Shown here piece after piece: positions 25,501 through 37,717 of a stretch of 64,000 nucleotides of DNA (within the stretch, counting starts at the first letter, position 1; each line of letters begins with the position of its first letter). This DNA is from Owenia fusiformis (Eukaryota), in the NCBI GenBank assembly GCA_903813345.2, contig CAIIXF020000001.1, positions 21,762,001-21,826,000 on the forward strand. The letters are read 5' to 3'. The position numbers and the translations under genes were made by a program. Below the pieces are notes generated by a model. The model did not search any database. It had not been told where the DNA came from and saw only the letters and a program-made list of their open reading frames with translations.

Positions 25501-28500
25501 TATGCAAAAAAGGCATTAACTTGCCATTTGTTATAGACACCGAATGCAACCACCAAGCTCCAAACACTGTCCAGAAAAAAGTTGAAGACTATAACAATAT
25601 CTTGGTGGCAATATAATAAAACTTTAACTTAACAAAAAAGCTCCTGCAGATCCAGAAACTCACTTAATTTGGATCATCAAAATGGTAATACATAATATGA
25701 GTTCAAAATATTATCAGTAATTGACTTTTTTAAACACAATAGATGCTCACTGCCCATTGAATCACGGAGGATAAGCAAAACGAGGGTGAAGCCACGGACT
25801 GCGACTCGCGTAACTTTACACCGCAGCCCAGCGCCAAAATGGAGGGACATCCGGCAGTGCCTTCTGCTTCTTCCGACAAAATAGAGAAATCCAGGTATTT
25901 TAAATGCTATCGTAGTGTCTAATCGGTGACCAAAATATTACTCTGTATCTACTGTTGGTCTGTAGATAAGAAAATAAGCAGTTGTCCAGATCAAGCTAAA
26001 ACAGTAGCAAAGTTCTGATTTTACCTGTTAAATATGTGCATATTATTTAATTTACTATACATTTGAAAGGAATTTTAACACGTTTCTGATATCTAAAGGT
26101 TAGTTGAGGCTCCGAGTATAATTCGTGAAAATGATTTGATCAATAGAATGTGTTCATGAGGAGAAAATTAGATTCAAACTGCGCATTCATAGTGGACGCA
26201 GTCCAGTAAACAAAGCTATTTCAACAACGCAACACAGCCTCCATTGATATTCTAAGTAACGCAGTCCAGCCGCGAACACGAAATAAATAAGATAGTGTAA
26301 ACTATATTCCTACGCTATTATTGTTTCAGGAAAAGAAAGTCAGCATCCAGATTATCATTCAAAGTTACGTTGATTAACATATATCTATTACCTGAATCAA
26401 TGTCCCAAATTGCTATATTGTATCGTTTAAGACCTAGAAATATGGCAATTCAATGCGTATTTGGCAGAACAGTCGAGCGCAAGATGACAACGTAATATGT
26501 TTATTACAAACTAATTTGTGGATAGGGTTAAATATATAGATAATTGGATAGTGGTGAGACTTTTTATAAGAAGTAGAAATGCGAAACAATTAACTTTTTG
26601 ATGATGCAATAAAAGCTGTTTGGGAAGGGTACATTAACTAGTATTTAAGATATCAGGGAAATATCAAATAATTGGAGAGTTGGTGAGTTAATGTAATTTT
26701 GGATGATCTTTCCAACAGTCCATCAATATTGCTAGCTACCATAAATTCATGATTTCAGCTGTATTGGACAGCTTGCATATATTTGCAGAATGGATTGAGA
26801 CACGATGTAGGTCTATTAAAATAGCCCTTTATATTCAATTTTGTCCAAAGTTGCTCCATTTCAGCCACACCTGTACACACATTGTGCTATCTACCTTTGG
26901 CTGTAATTGCGTTCAGCTTCAGATATAAAGCAACACTGAGTCGCGGACTGCGTTGGGCAGATGGATGGACTGCGACTATTATAAATTCCAATTTTCTATG
27001 TAATTGTACGTTTTCCGCTTACCAAATATCACACGAAGATGTAATTGTAACAACAGAACATAAATAATTATATTAATTGGATGTCATTTCTGATTCCTTT
27101 GTTTAAATCGGTATATTAGGGACAAATATTGACAAAATTACATTTTTTTGTGGCAGATTTCGAATTCATTTGTGTTCATGCTAAACTATTGGACAGCCGA
27201 GCACCAAGAATGCCATTGCAGGTGGAGTGTGAATATGTTGATCACCGACTGGAACATACTAGCTATTCTGTAGAATATCCAAACCAATAATCTACCCCAA
27301 ATCCTAACATGCCTTCCAAATTAAGTTTGGACTTACCGCCATTGTTCAGCTATAATGCGTTGTAACCTCATTTTGAATTACGCGAGTCGCAGTCCGTGGC
27401 TTCGCCCTAGTTTTGCTTATCCCCCGTGTGATTTATATTTCTCCTATGATCATTCAAGTGAACTAAAATAATGTTCTCTTCTATATCTTACTGTGGAGAG
27501 TCCAACGATAAACCGCAGCACCATGACCATATAAGGTCCCCCTAGGCGAGCACCCATGGGAGTCATCACTGTAGCTATTGCACAAACAAACAATGAACAG
27601 CCAAATATGCGCTTTGTGCCAACTTTATCTGAAAGCCAGCCACCTGGGATCTGAGTTATTATGTAGCCATAAAAGTACGCCCCAAGAATCCAGCCTTGTG
27701 TTTCCTTGTCCCAGTCAAATTCACCATTCTAAAAAACAAGTACAATACATTAGAAAATACGTAGAAAATACATAGAAAATACAGATCATAAAATCTGGTG
27801 GGAATATTTTCACCTTTACTGGATTATCACTATCAATTAGGGTAATAATCTAAATGACTTAACTATAAATAATTAAAAATGAAATGGATAACACATCTCA
27901 GTGCATATTTACATACTTTTGTAAACTACTTAGTTCAAAATCAATTTATTTCAATGAAATTAACATGTCTTATGATTTTAGGTCTCTGAGAGAAATGATA
28001 AATTGCGAAGACCTTTGATTTCCTAAATATATTGTAAACAAACTATGATAAGTAATCATAATCTTGCGAATTACAAGTATCTCAGTGGGAACAAGACATC
28101 GTAACATACAAAATGTCACCACCTGCCATTTGTTACAGATACTGAGTGCCAACTGGCAGACACCAAACACTGTCCACAAAAAGTTGGAGACTATAACAAT
28201 ATGTCAACACTCGTGATGGCGACATATGATTGGAGAAACCTTACATAGCAGAGCTGCAAAATATTAAACCATTCAGATCTGATTCCATACCTGACCCTCC
28301 TTACTGTTGACCATACATATGATAGACATGCTGATATTCACTCTCATAGCAATCATCACAAGGAAGCCTATGAAGCCCATATAGGCCTGCATCATACGAC
28401 ATGATCTCCAGATGTTCTCTAAAACATAAGAAGGATATGGTCAGTCTTTCTCTTGAAAATGTCCTTACTCCAATGGGTGGAGGGGAGCCTTTAACATTTA

Positions 28501-28752
28501 CATAACATCTCAAAGGTTGAAGTTGGAGGAAATGCAGAACCAAAAATTAATAAAGGACTACTATACAATACCATTTATAATATACCCTTGAAATGACCAG
28601 GCAATCTGGTTGTATTACATGACGGACAGTTGCTAAAAGTACTATATAACTGAGTTCCTATAAGATATACCTTCCCATTGAATCTTAAAAGTTGCTTACT
28701 CATTATGACATGACCATTTCACATACATACCTGGTTTGTCAAGTGACTTCAT
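19529..28752 (-). CDS. SLC17 family MFS anion transporter, sialin-like, paralogue B (490 aa); exons 28752-28731, 28418-28291, 27728-27492, 25421-25334, 25063-24971, 24494-24367, 23895-23746, 22047-21915, 21682-21532, 21013-20923, 19780-19529
   Basis: Eleven GT-AG exons total 1473 nt in one frame. Exon sizes 237/150/133/151/91 are identical to paralogue A. Motifs MRVNISMS, GEFDW..ETQGWILGAYFYGY..TQIPGG, FPAFHSFWGRWAPVYERT, NHVDIAPRFAG. Start codon less certain (see findings). Confidence 0.9.
20243..20525. repeat. Local ~40-bp duplication (3 copies)
   Basis: atgttcttaggaaggaaaaggcaatgatgtaaaaatgcc twice in tandem and again near 20456. Confidence 0.75.
22149..23201 (-). mobile_element. Degenerate mariner element
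   Basis: TA|cgaggggtgatccaaaagtcttggacgccc...gggcgtccaagacttttggatcacccctcg|TA. A minus-strand remnant YSLDMAPCDF near 22636-22665 resembles the mariner YSPDLAPxDF motif. Confidence 0.85.
25763..27428. mobile_element. Non-autonomous TIR element, CACGG...CCGTG ends
   Basis: ~50-bp TIR cacggaggataagcaaaac...ggactgcgactcgcgtaa; flanks TGAAT/TGATT; internal copies of ggactgcg/cgcagtcc. Confidence 0.8.
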
Positions 28753-29925
28753 TGTCTTTCAGTATGTATGGGTCAGTCAGGTGTCCTTTGGCTGTGTGGT
28801 TGTGTGGAGGTGGTACATGTAGACTGGATGAGCCTGTTGCAATCAACATATGAGCTGGGCCTCTCTCAGTGGCACTGGAACCAACAGCCTGGAATTATCC
28901 TTAGAAGTATAAATTTACTACAGGTACATGTGGGTATAAAAAAAAACAGGCTAAGAAGTACTTGAATTTTGGCAGCTTTGCATAAATCCTGATTTTATCT
29001 CATACATAACTTCAGCAAGAAATTGTAAAATGTCCTTGTGTTGTTAATTTGTTATATAGTTTTTTTCCATTTTATATCCAATGTCATTTTGCAAGTCACT
29101 GTCAGTTTTAAGGTAGTTCAACACTCTCAACAAACAAATCAAAAAAGAACTTGTGAAAATGACATTGAACATGATATATGTTGTCATTGATCTAGATTTT
29201 CTATAATAATATGTGAATATCCACATAAAATTTTGAAAGTAATACTCATTTCATTAAGTACTGTATGTTACGAACTGAAGTAAGTTAAGTAACTGTAATC
29301 ATTAAAATCACATGTAAATACTCAAATGACTCTAAATGTACCTTTTATCTGTATGTACTGATATATGCAGTACTGATTCTCCAATATCTAGTACTATGTA
29401 GACTAGAAATAATATGATGTCAGAAGTGAATCATTAATAAAATATTAACAAAATACATCTACATGTATGTATAAGTTAATATAAGTGACAGTAAACTGCT
29501 TAACACTTTACTTACCATTTTAATGGTGGAAATATTTAACCCTGGATATTCAATTAAGTGTAGTGGTCTAGTTCATTTGTGTTTGTGTTATATTTCTTGT
29601 AAGGACTGCTGCATGTATGCCAACATAAGGATAAAAACTAAACATTTACTACAACTTACAGACTCTTTACTACTTCACACTCTTTACAGCAACAATATCA
29701 TGTATTTACATTTTCATAGGACAACATATTTTAAGTCTGGAAGCTAAGCATCATATCATGCAAAGTCCTGAGTTACAAGAATTGATTCACTCACAGGGTA
29801 ATTCATAAGGACATTGAGTGGTTTTAAAAAGGTTTATGAACCTAACCGTTTATACTTTTAGCTTTTTTGACGTTCACTTTATGCAAAACAAACTCAGAAA
29901 AGCCACTTGTGGATGTGTGAATGTA

Positions 29926-30477
29926 CAGTAAAACCTGTTTAATCTGAATGTTATTGGGACCAGCTAAAAGCAATCAGACTTGGTGGTGTTGACATTTTGA
30001 GCGTTCTTTATTCACAAGATTCTGGATTTTGAAAAAATGTGTACATATTCTCAATAGATATTTATAGTCTATTGACCACATAGTTTTATGGGATTTCAAA
30101 AAATTGAAAATCTGATTCAAATGAATTTATTAGTAATTTTCGTAAGAAAATTTTGACTGAGACTATTCAAATAAAGTTTTTTTCAAAAGTTGGGATAAAA
30201 ACAGTGATTAACAGTGGCGTAGCCAGGAAGGAAAAAGCGACGAGGCAGCTGCCTCATTTGCCTCAACGTAGCTATGACTTGATTAATAGGAAATATTTCA
30301 GCAATTTTGTACGAAAAGTGAGATATTTTATGAACAGTGTTCATATTAGACAGGTTGATCTTTCAAATATAACTGTTCACTGTTCAAATTAGAACAATGT
30401 GTTAAGATTTAAAGGAAAAGGGGACTGAAAATAAGTGTTCAAATTGGGATTAGGTGTTCAAATATACAGGTTTACTG
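29926..30477. mobile_element. pogo/Tigger-like non-autonomous element with a nested short hAT-like piece (30212-30281)
   Basis: TA|cagtaaaacctgt...acaggtttactg-type end|TA. The nested cagtggcgtagccaggaaggaaaa sequence also occurs at 19816. Confidence 0.65.
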
Positions 30478-31053
30478 TATTATTAGTTATAGAAGTACAG
30501 GTTTAATTGAACATTAGTTAATTCTTTCTCAAATAAATAAAATTGGCTCATTTTTTCAAAATCATTACGCATTACTTATTATACATTTATTTCAGGAAAA
30601 ATTGAAATTCTTATTTTCTTTAAAGATTCTACAAAGACTGAGAGTAAATTACAGATAATAACAACAAACCCACATAGTAGTTATGCCTACAATCTTTCAG
30701 AGGAAGACTGACTCTGCTAAATTAATCAAAACAGATGTACAGAACAGAACAGAAAAGAACATTTTCCTTCATCTTATTTACAATTAATGCTTAAACATAA
30801 AACATTCATTTTCTCTTGTTTATATCTACAAAATAGTAATGACATCTTGTTGTCATTTTTTGCATTTTAAACCTGACTAAAACATGGAATGTGTTACATT
30901 GAGTATGTTACATTATTTGAAAAAATGTATTTTTTAAAATACTGATAGGAAACATGAACAAACTATGGAAATATAAATAAATATATAAAAACATGAAAAT
31001 GTACAATATAAATGAATAAAACAAATATCAATGTCCAGCTCAAATAGGATTAA

Positions 31054-31321
31054 CCTCTTGAATCCCAGGCACTGAAATCGGTTGAAACCAGAGAATTTTT
31101 CAGTTTTGCCACCTTTTGACATTTTGCTCCATACCTATACAACTTTAGATGCTCAGAAAATCATGTCAGTGATCATTTCTACACATTTCAAAACAATTTT
31201 TGTGTAAATTGGATGAAAATTGTTCAAATAAGAGCAATTTTAGTGAAAAATTTTCTGACAGATTTTCTTGTCACTCTTGGTTTCAGGGTCATTTCTGAAG
31301 TCACTCCAGGTAGTCAAGAGG
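31054..31321. mobile_element. piggyBac-like MITE (second copy 45745-46021)
   Basis: TTAA|cctcttga...tcaagagg|TTAA; interior similar to 45745-46021. Confidence 0.8.
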
Positions 31322-31902
31322 TTAACAAACTTAAAAATCATTTTTACAAGAAAGTCACAAAATCCATTAAATATAAATAATATTTAAATTGTAAGAAGGT
31401 ATCATTATCAGTGTTCATTGTCAAATCATTGTCCCGTTCTCTAAATGAAATTTCACATGGGTGTAAAATATATCAATAACTATAATAGTAATCAATAAAA
31501 GCAAATCATTATGCCCTATCCTACCAAACTATGAACTCGACATAATAAAGTACATGTACAGAGTGTGCCAAAAAACACCCATCACTATCTCTAATTTTGC
31601 TATAACATTTTTGAAATTGTATGGATTTCAATAATATTATTGCAGGGGATTCAGCAATTGCTGCTTATAATACATAATTGATCCTGAAATGATTTCATTA
31701 AATTGTATATCTGAAGCAGTGTTTTTGAATGAAAAAGGTTAACATACAATATGTGAATGCAATCACAAGGTTTCAAGGTAATATTAAGCAAATATTTAAT
31801 TCTATTGAGGGGAATGGCTGTGCATCTTTCAAAAGTGATATTCCATGATACCCTGAAGGGTCTAAAAGGCTTGACCAAGTCATGACTGGTGAATACCATT
31901 TG

Positions 31903-32272
31903 TTATAACATACCTATGATGATGTATGGTGCAAAGTGTACACAAGACAGCGGGGCAATATAAGTTTTGAAAAGCCCGTGCCCGCTAATTTTCTGATTGG
32001 TCAAGGCGCTGACGTCATAACCAATCAATCGAAAATAAAACTGCTCGAGCAATTTTTCTTAACTCATTTCAATCATTTTCAAACCATTTGTTTGTCAATT
32101 CTATAAGAAAACGGTACTCTCTGACCAGTCTACATCATCATAGGTATGTTATAAATCGTTTATGTCACTATCGTGGCACATATGCCCTCGGTTCTCAGAG
32201 ATCAATGTCCCTCCCAAGGTCGGGCCATATATCACTGAGACCTCGGGCATATATGCCACGATAGTGACATAA
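31903..32272. mobile_element. Twin-hairpin element (two abutting palindromes), Crypton-like non-autonomous type
   Basis: Palindrome 31903-32154 (ttataacatacctatgatgatgta...tacatcatcataggtatgttataa), a 5-bp spacer, then palindrome 32160-32272 (ttatgtcactatcgtggca...tgccacgatagtgacataa). Lies inside a Tc1-like pair at 31559-32478. Confidence 0.6.
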
Positions 32273-32516
32273 CCTCTAATTATTATATCACTGTCATATT
32301 CCTCGCTCTGATTGCTCCATGTCCTTTACGTAACTAAAAATAACACGTGATATTCAAAGGAAGTCATGTGACATCCGTTGAAGACTATAACGGTATGTGC
32401 CACCACTTGTGTGGGTGACATAAAAAAGAACTGATAGGCAAAGTTAAGGACATTTATGGAAATTTTTGGCCCACCCTGTTCATACAAAAGTATACAGTAC
32501 AGTTTATATGCATTCT

Positions 32517-33762
32517 TTATTCATCATCCTGTACCCTCAAAAAATCTTTGAATATTGGGCGTATGAATGTATCTACCATAGTTCCTATTATAGAACTTCT
32601 GCGTCTCTTTTTATCCTTGCGGGGAGATGTATTTCCTGAAGTGGGACTTGCTAGATTCTGTAGTTTCATGTTCTCCTGTATTTCCTCTTGTTCAATGATA
32701 TGCCTATCAGGAGGATTGTGCTCCACCTCTCTGTGTGATGAACCAGGACTGGTGAATACACCATCAAATAAATTGACATCTCCTGGACTGGGACCACCTG
32801 TCTTGACTGACTGTTGATGGTGCAGCCTCTTTCGTCTCTTGGTCAGACCAGAGTTAATAACTGGAAGTAAATATAAATCTCCGATTGATCTGTTTTTCAT
32901 TTTGCGGAAATGGTAGTGCCCTGACATGACAGATTCATGGAATCACGAAATAATCAGTTTAACTTAATGTCTCCAAAGCTATATAATAAGGGGTATTTTG
33001 TTCTTTTTAAATAAATATACGTTAATTCACCTTCCGACTTATAATGTTAAACAAAGTCGGCTTTTGAAAATTTTCTTTTAATATATACTATTGTATTGAA
33101 TAAAAAAACATGATAAATAAAAAAATCTATATAAGGGGTTGTAGGTGACTGCGCTTTAAAGCGCATCTGGGAGGATAAGGGTTAACTTTTTCTATGAAAA
33201 AAGTTCATGCATGGCATGGAATATTATTAAAACTTTTCTTACCACTTGTTTTCTTGGATCTGGTGAAGTATCTCTCACTCCTCTCTGGTGCTCTAGTTAT
33301 GAGCCTCCTCACTGGTCTGCTGATTGATGTTGCAGATTGGGGAATGGCACCATTTTCACTAGATTGTCCAACTGTATTTGCATTATTATTTGAAGTGTTA
33401 AGATCTGACAGTGATTCTTCATATTCAGTCCTTGAGATTACAGTGAGAATGTGAACATAAGGATTGTGCTTCACAGTTTTGCCCCCTTTCTTGAATTTCA
33501 GCTTTTTACCAGCTTTCCAGGGTAACTTATCGCAGTTTATGAAGAAATGTTTGGTTTTTATTGGAAATTGGTCCCCCTTTGTACACAGTAAAGCTTGTAT
33601 AACTCTCTGTACTTCACTGTTCAGTTCAGTCCGCGAGCATGGTAACTTTATGTTTTGTATGTCCCTTGAGCGGTATTGGATCTTGAGCTTATACAGCATC
33701 CCCCTGTGCTGAATCAGACGAGTATCAACATTCTCTGGGATGGTGAACATTTTCAAAGACAT
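32517..33762 (-). CDS. MAJIN: Membrane-anchored junction protein (MAJIN) homologue, 307 aa; exons 33762-33243 and 32920-32517
   Basis: N-terminus MSLKMFTIPENVDTRLIQHRGMLYKLKIQY...FPIKTKHFFI...W...LKFKKGG...NPYVHILTV aligns by eye with recalled human MAJIN (MSLKPFTYPFPETRFLHAGPNVYKFKIRY...PFATEHFIV...W...LKFKHGE...YPFVFTLYV). A phase-1 G|gtaaga...tgtcag|GG intron joins the two ORFs. The tail is basic and ends in a hydrophobic segment. Confidence 0.88.
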
Positions 33763-34300
33763 CTTGTTTCACTGAAAAATAAAACAACAGTTGATTTGAA
33801 GACAGAATTCTATGCCAAGGGGTGATGTGAGGAAGTCAATCCACTTAAATTGAAAATTCCTTCTCAATTTGGTAAACCTATGAAATTTGAATCAAATCAG
33901 TCAACCAGTATTTGAGTTATCACCAGGACAAAGGAGTGGATGGACAGCTTCTCTATATCCCTACTAAAATCTTTGTTCAGTGGGATAATTTACAAAGAAG
34001 CTCTAAGTAAAAAGTCAACTTACTATAGTCAACAATCAATTACAATTAGATACAGTATACATTTAATGGTGTCTCCTAAGCCGATGCCGGCTGATGTTTT
34101 TTTTTAAAAAAGTACTTATTATACGTAATGAAATGTAGTTTTAACCTGCGACACTAAAATAAAATATTTGAAACTTTAAACTAAAACTAACAAACAATCA
34201 CAGACATTACAGAAGCCCTTCTTTGCTATCTCAAGAACACAAAAGATTCTAATGACTAAATAACTAAACAAAAAATAACTAAAGATAATAATTATAGGAT

Positions 34301-34710
34301 ATCCTATGATATTGAGGAATATCATTTTTATCTACGAGGTGATATTGATATCTGCACGAGAGAGCAAAGCGAACGAGTGCATATATCAATATCACCGAGT
34401 AGATTAAAATGATATTCTGAAAAAATCATAGGATGTTCTTATTATCCTACACTTACAAGGATTGTACTAAATGTATAATATCATTGCAAAATGAATCTCA
34501 TGCCAAATAGAGTCATTTTGGCGGGAAATCGACAAGCGGAGTATATCGTCACAATATCCTCCGCATATTGGGTTTTCCGGAGTATATCGTCACGATATCC
34601 TCCGCCCGGAGTATATCGTAACGATATCCTCCGGTTATTCATTTTGCCAATAAATATCAAATTTATTTTTTAATGTTATTATACATTTAGTACACTAAGT
34701 GTAGGATAAT
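34301..34710. mobile_element. Twin-hairpin element (two abutting palindromes)
   Basis: Palindrome 34301-34434 followed by 34441-34710 (attatcctacactta...taagtgtaggataat), with three internal cggagtatatcgt..cgatatcctccg repeats. Confidence 0.6.
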
Positions 34711-35668
34711 TACTCGGTAAAAGCATGATTAGAGCCATACTGGTAACAAGCAGGAGATGGTGCCACAACATAATTTCACAGTATTAAAATACCTGAAACA
34801 AATATATAAATCTTTCAAGAGCTCTGATGAAAATGGAATCTGCTATCAACATGTTGAAGGCCAAGATTGACAACAGTATCAATTTGTCAGAATGTGTTAC
34901 ATAACTCAAAAAAATCAATATTTCAAAACTCTAACCTAACTTCCAATAAAAAAAGATAAAAAAATTGTCAACCCTAAGCAATCCCTCATATTGTTGTTTA
35001 CAGTTTTGTAATAAGCTGATAAGATTCATTTAAAAATAATTTTTAACACAATTGTAATTCTTATCAAAATAGGGCAATAAAATCAATACTTGTATAATCA
35101 AATTAAATAACTTACCATTTTTGAATCTGAAATCTTCAGATGTGCTCCCACCAATACTTCATTCAGATGTAAAAGGAGATAACATAAGAATACTAAATGA
35201 GGGAAAAGCTGATAAAAAATATGTGTCTATACCACAAGTGATAATTATGAGTGAAATTTAGTACCTAGATGAAAACTTAAGTACACAGCATTCAGACTCA
35301 ATTATCAGAAGCAAATTGATGACGATTGATCGAATAAATTCAAAAATTTCAAAAGAAATATAAGCTTCTTAAACTAACCATTTGATGCATTATTATGCTC
35401 CAAACCGGGAATGTTTTACAAAATTTGGATAAACTAAAATAAGGCTGAACCGGTACTTCCAGTTTTGATTGGCAGAAAAATCTAAATTAAACATTTTAAC
35501 AAAGATACTGCTATAAATAAAGAAAATGTATTACATGTATTTGTGAAAGAAGTGAGCTGAAGTCCGACTCAAGTCAAAATCAGAATTGACAACTCAAAAC
35601 AAATGAGTATTCGAGTTGGCGATGTATCGTACCACCACTATTATCTCGCTCATGGTGAAGCTGATGAG

Positions 35669-35849
35669 GCTGATTTTTCAAATCACCCCCAGGCCCCACA
35701 ACTATTTGTGCATTGAAATCTTGGGGTTTAAAACGTTGCAAGTAGTTTACTAGAAACTGAATTTTATCTAAATAACCATTAATCCAACTTTTTTTCAACC
35801 CCACAATTTCAACACACAAGTAGCTGTGGGGGTGATTTGAAAAATCAGC
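35669..35849. mobile_element. Short foldback MITE
   Basis: gctgatttttcaaatcaccccca...tgggggtgatttgaaaaatcagc, with further internal inverted match. Confidence 0.65.
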
Positions 35850-36001
35850 TCCATATATATGGGGTAGGAATGAACTTCTGCAAGATACCTCTTCTTGGTG
35901 TCTAGGCTCAATGAATATACTCAAGGACAAGACACAAAATCTTCGGAAAAATATTTCCTTGATTTTGGAGTCAGTTTATCAATAAATATCACATGTCATA
36001 C

Positions 36002-36260
36002 CTCAAACGATGCATACTGTTGTTAGCTTCATCTCCAATCACTAAAGCCACACATTCAAGAAAGCGTCTGTTGATAAAAGCATCAAATGTCTTTCTGAGA
36101 ATGTGACGATACTCCGGATGACGTCACATCAGAGATTACAGAGAAATACGTTTCTTAAACTCCTGTAGAAACAATAACAACAGTTTGTAACACGATCCTT
36201 TATTTTCATTGGCTGTTTGTTGCGATGTTACGTAATTTGAGAAACGAACAACATCGGACA
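36002..36260 (-). promoter_or_regulatory. Candidate MAJIN promoter and first non-coding exon
   Basis: Locally CpG-rich; perfect CRE TGACGTCA at 36119-36126; CCAAT on the minus strand at 36208-36212; minus-strand donor GAG|gtatga at 36002/36001; acceptor tttttcag just upstream of the MAJIN ATG (33772). Confidence 0.4.
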
Positions 36261-36367
36261 ATGCCAAAAATTACTCCATTATATTTACGCTCTGAAAATT
36301 TGAAGTAATTCTCCTGGGAAAACTTGATTTACAGCTCCAATAATTGATATCATGTAACCATTCAAAC

Positions 36368-36762
36368 TAGAGTCCATTTCACTGCTTCATTTCGTCAGTA
36401 GAATGGCAAAAATAAGAAATTGGGAGACCATTGTGCAATAGTATATGGAAAAGTATATTCACAATGTACATAAATGACATTTGTATATCTTGGATTGCTT
36501 CTAGTTTGGCTTATAAAGTGCGTGGCCTCTTATATTTGGATGTTTCTCTGCCATGTTATTTTCAATAAGATTAACATGGCTGAAATTCTTCAAATTACAA
36601 GACGGCACAGGCTTATTGCACAAAAAACTAAAAAATCTGAAATATACAAATGTCATTCATGTACATTATGAATATACTTTTCCATATATTATTGCACAAT
36701 GGTCTCCCAATTTCTTATTTTTGCCGTTCTACTGACGAAATGAAGCAGTGAAATGGACTCTA
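36368..36762. mobile_element. Foldback MITE with ~115-bp TIR
   Basis: tagagtccatttcactgcttcatttcgtcagtagaa...ttctactgacgaaatgaagcagtgaaatggactcta. Confidence 0.8.
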
Positions 36763-37717
36763 ATACACGAGGTAAATATAAGAGGTAAATATTGATCATG
36801 TTTCATATTTTTTGGTAGTCATTTTTTGGATGTACCATTTTTGGTTTGTGTCCAATCTTCATATTTATTCATTGAGCCTACTTCAAATAGGGGCTGGGTG
36901 TGACTCCGGATCTGTGGGGGGATGAACTTCAAGTTGAATTGAAGTTCAAAAATAAAAAAAAATCCGGAAACGTAATTTCTTTATCTTCATTTCTTTGAAC
37001 CTCAAACACAAATAATTGAAACAAAAGATATGTACCTGAGATTAGTTTCTATTTTGGAGTACGAATCTCGTGTCTATGATGTATTTTTAGCCAAATATGA
37101 ACGTTTTAGTACAAATTTGTCATTTTTAAATTTCCGCAAAAAGTTGCTTATAGTCTCGCAGCATATCGTAATTTTTGAATCGAAAAAATCAGATCTGAGA
37201 AAAAGCATACAAAGATCACATCCTTATAATAACCTATAGTTCTAATAATAAAATGAAAAAATTAAGTATACCCAGAGAATGCATATGATAATTAAATATT
37301 TAAAAGTTCATCGAGACTAAGTAGTCTAATAGTGTCGCCATCTATCATAAGTGAGCGATAATAAAGTTAAAAATATTGTTCCTTGTCTAATGTTCAACCT
37401 TATTGTGGATTAATCGTGTGTTACTTTAAGTTGCATATGTCATGTGATGTAGTAAGTATATACATTGGCTTATAGTCCAGAATATGACAGAATTTTAGTT
37501 GTATGTCGCCAAAATAGATAAAGATATAAGAGAACAAAAGTTGAAAAGTAAAGATAATTTTTCATTTTTTCAATGCCACCAATGCAATGTTATGGCTTAT
37601 TTTTCACTTACAAGATCACAGAGGCTGAGATAATCTAATATGAAAAATTAGTCATGTTACTTTCATCTGTAGAGCTCTGATTGTTTCAAAATTTCATAGT
37701 TCAGTTTTTGTTTTTAA

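Noticed and set aside
9441-28752. Assigning SLC17A5 or VGLUT gene symbols to the two transporters
   Set aside because: The family is clear but diagnostic residues differ; orthology cannot be established without a phylogeny.
32548-33712. Plus-strand ORFs 32548-32817, 33194-33454, 33464-33712
   Set aside because: Antisense shadows of the MAJIN exons.
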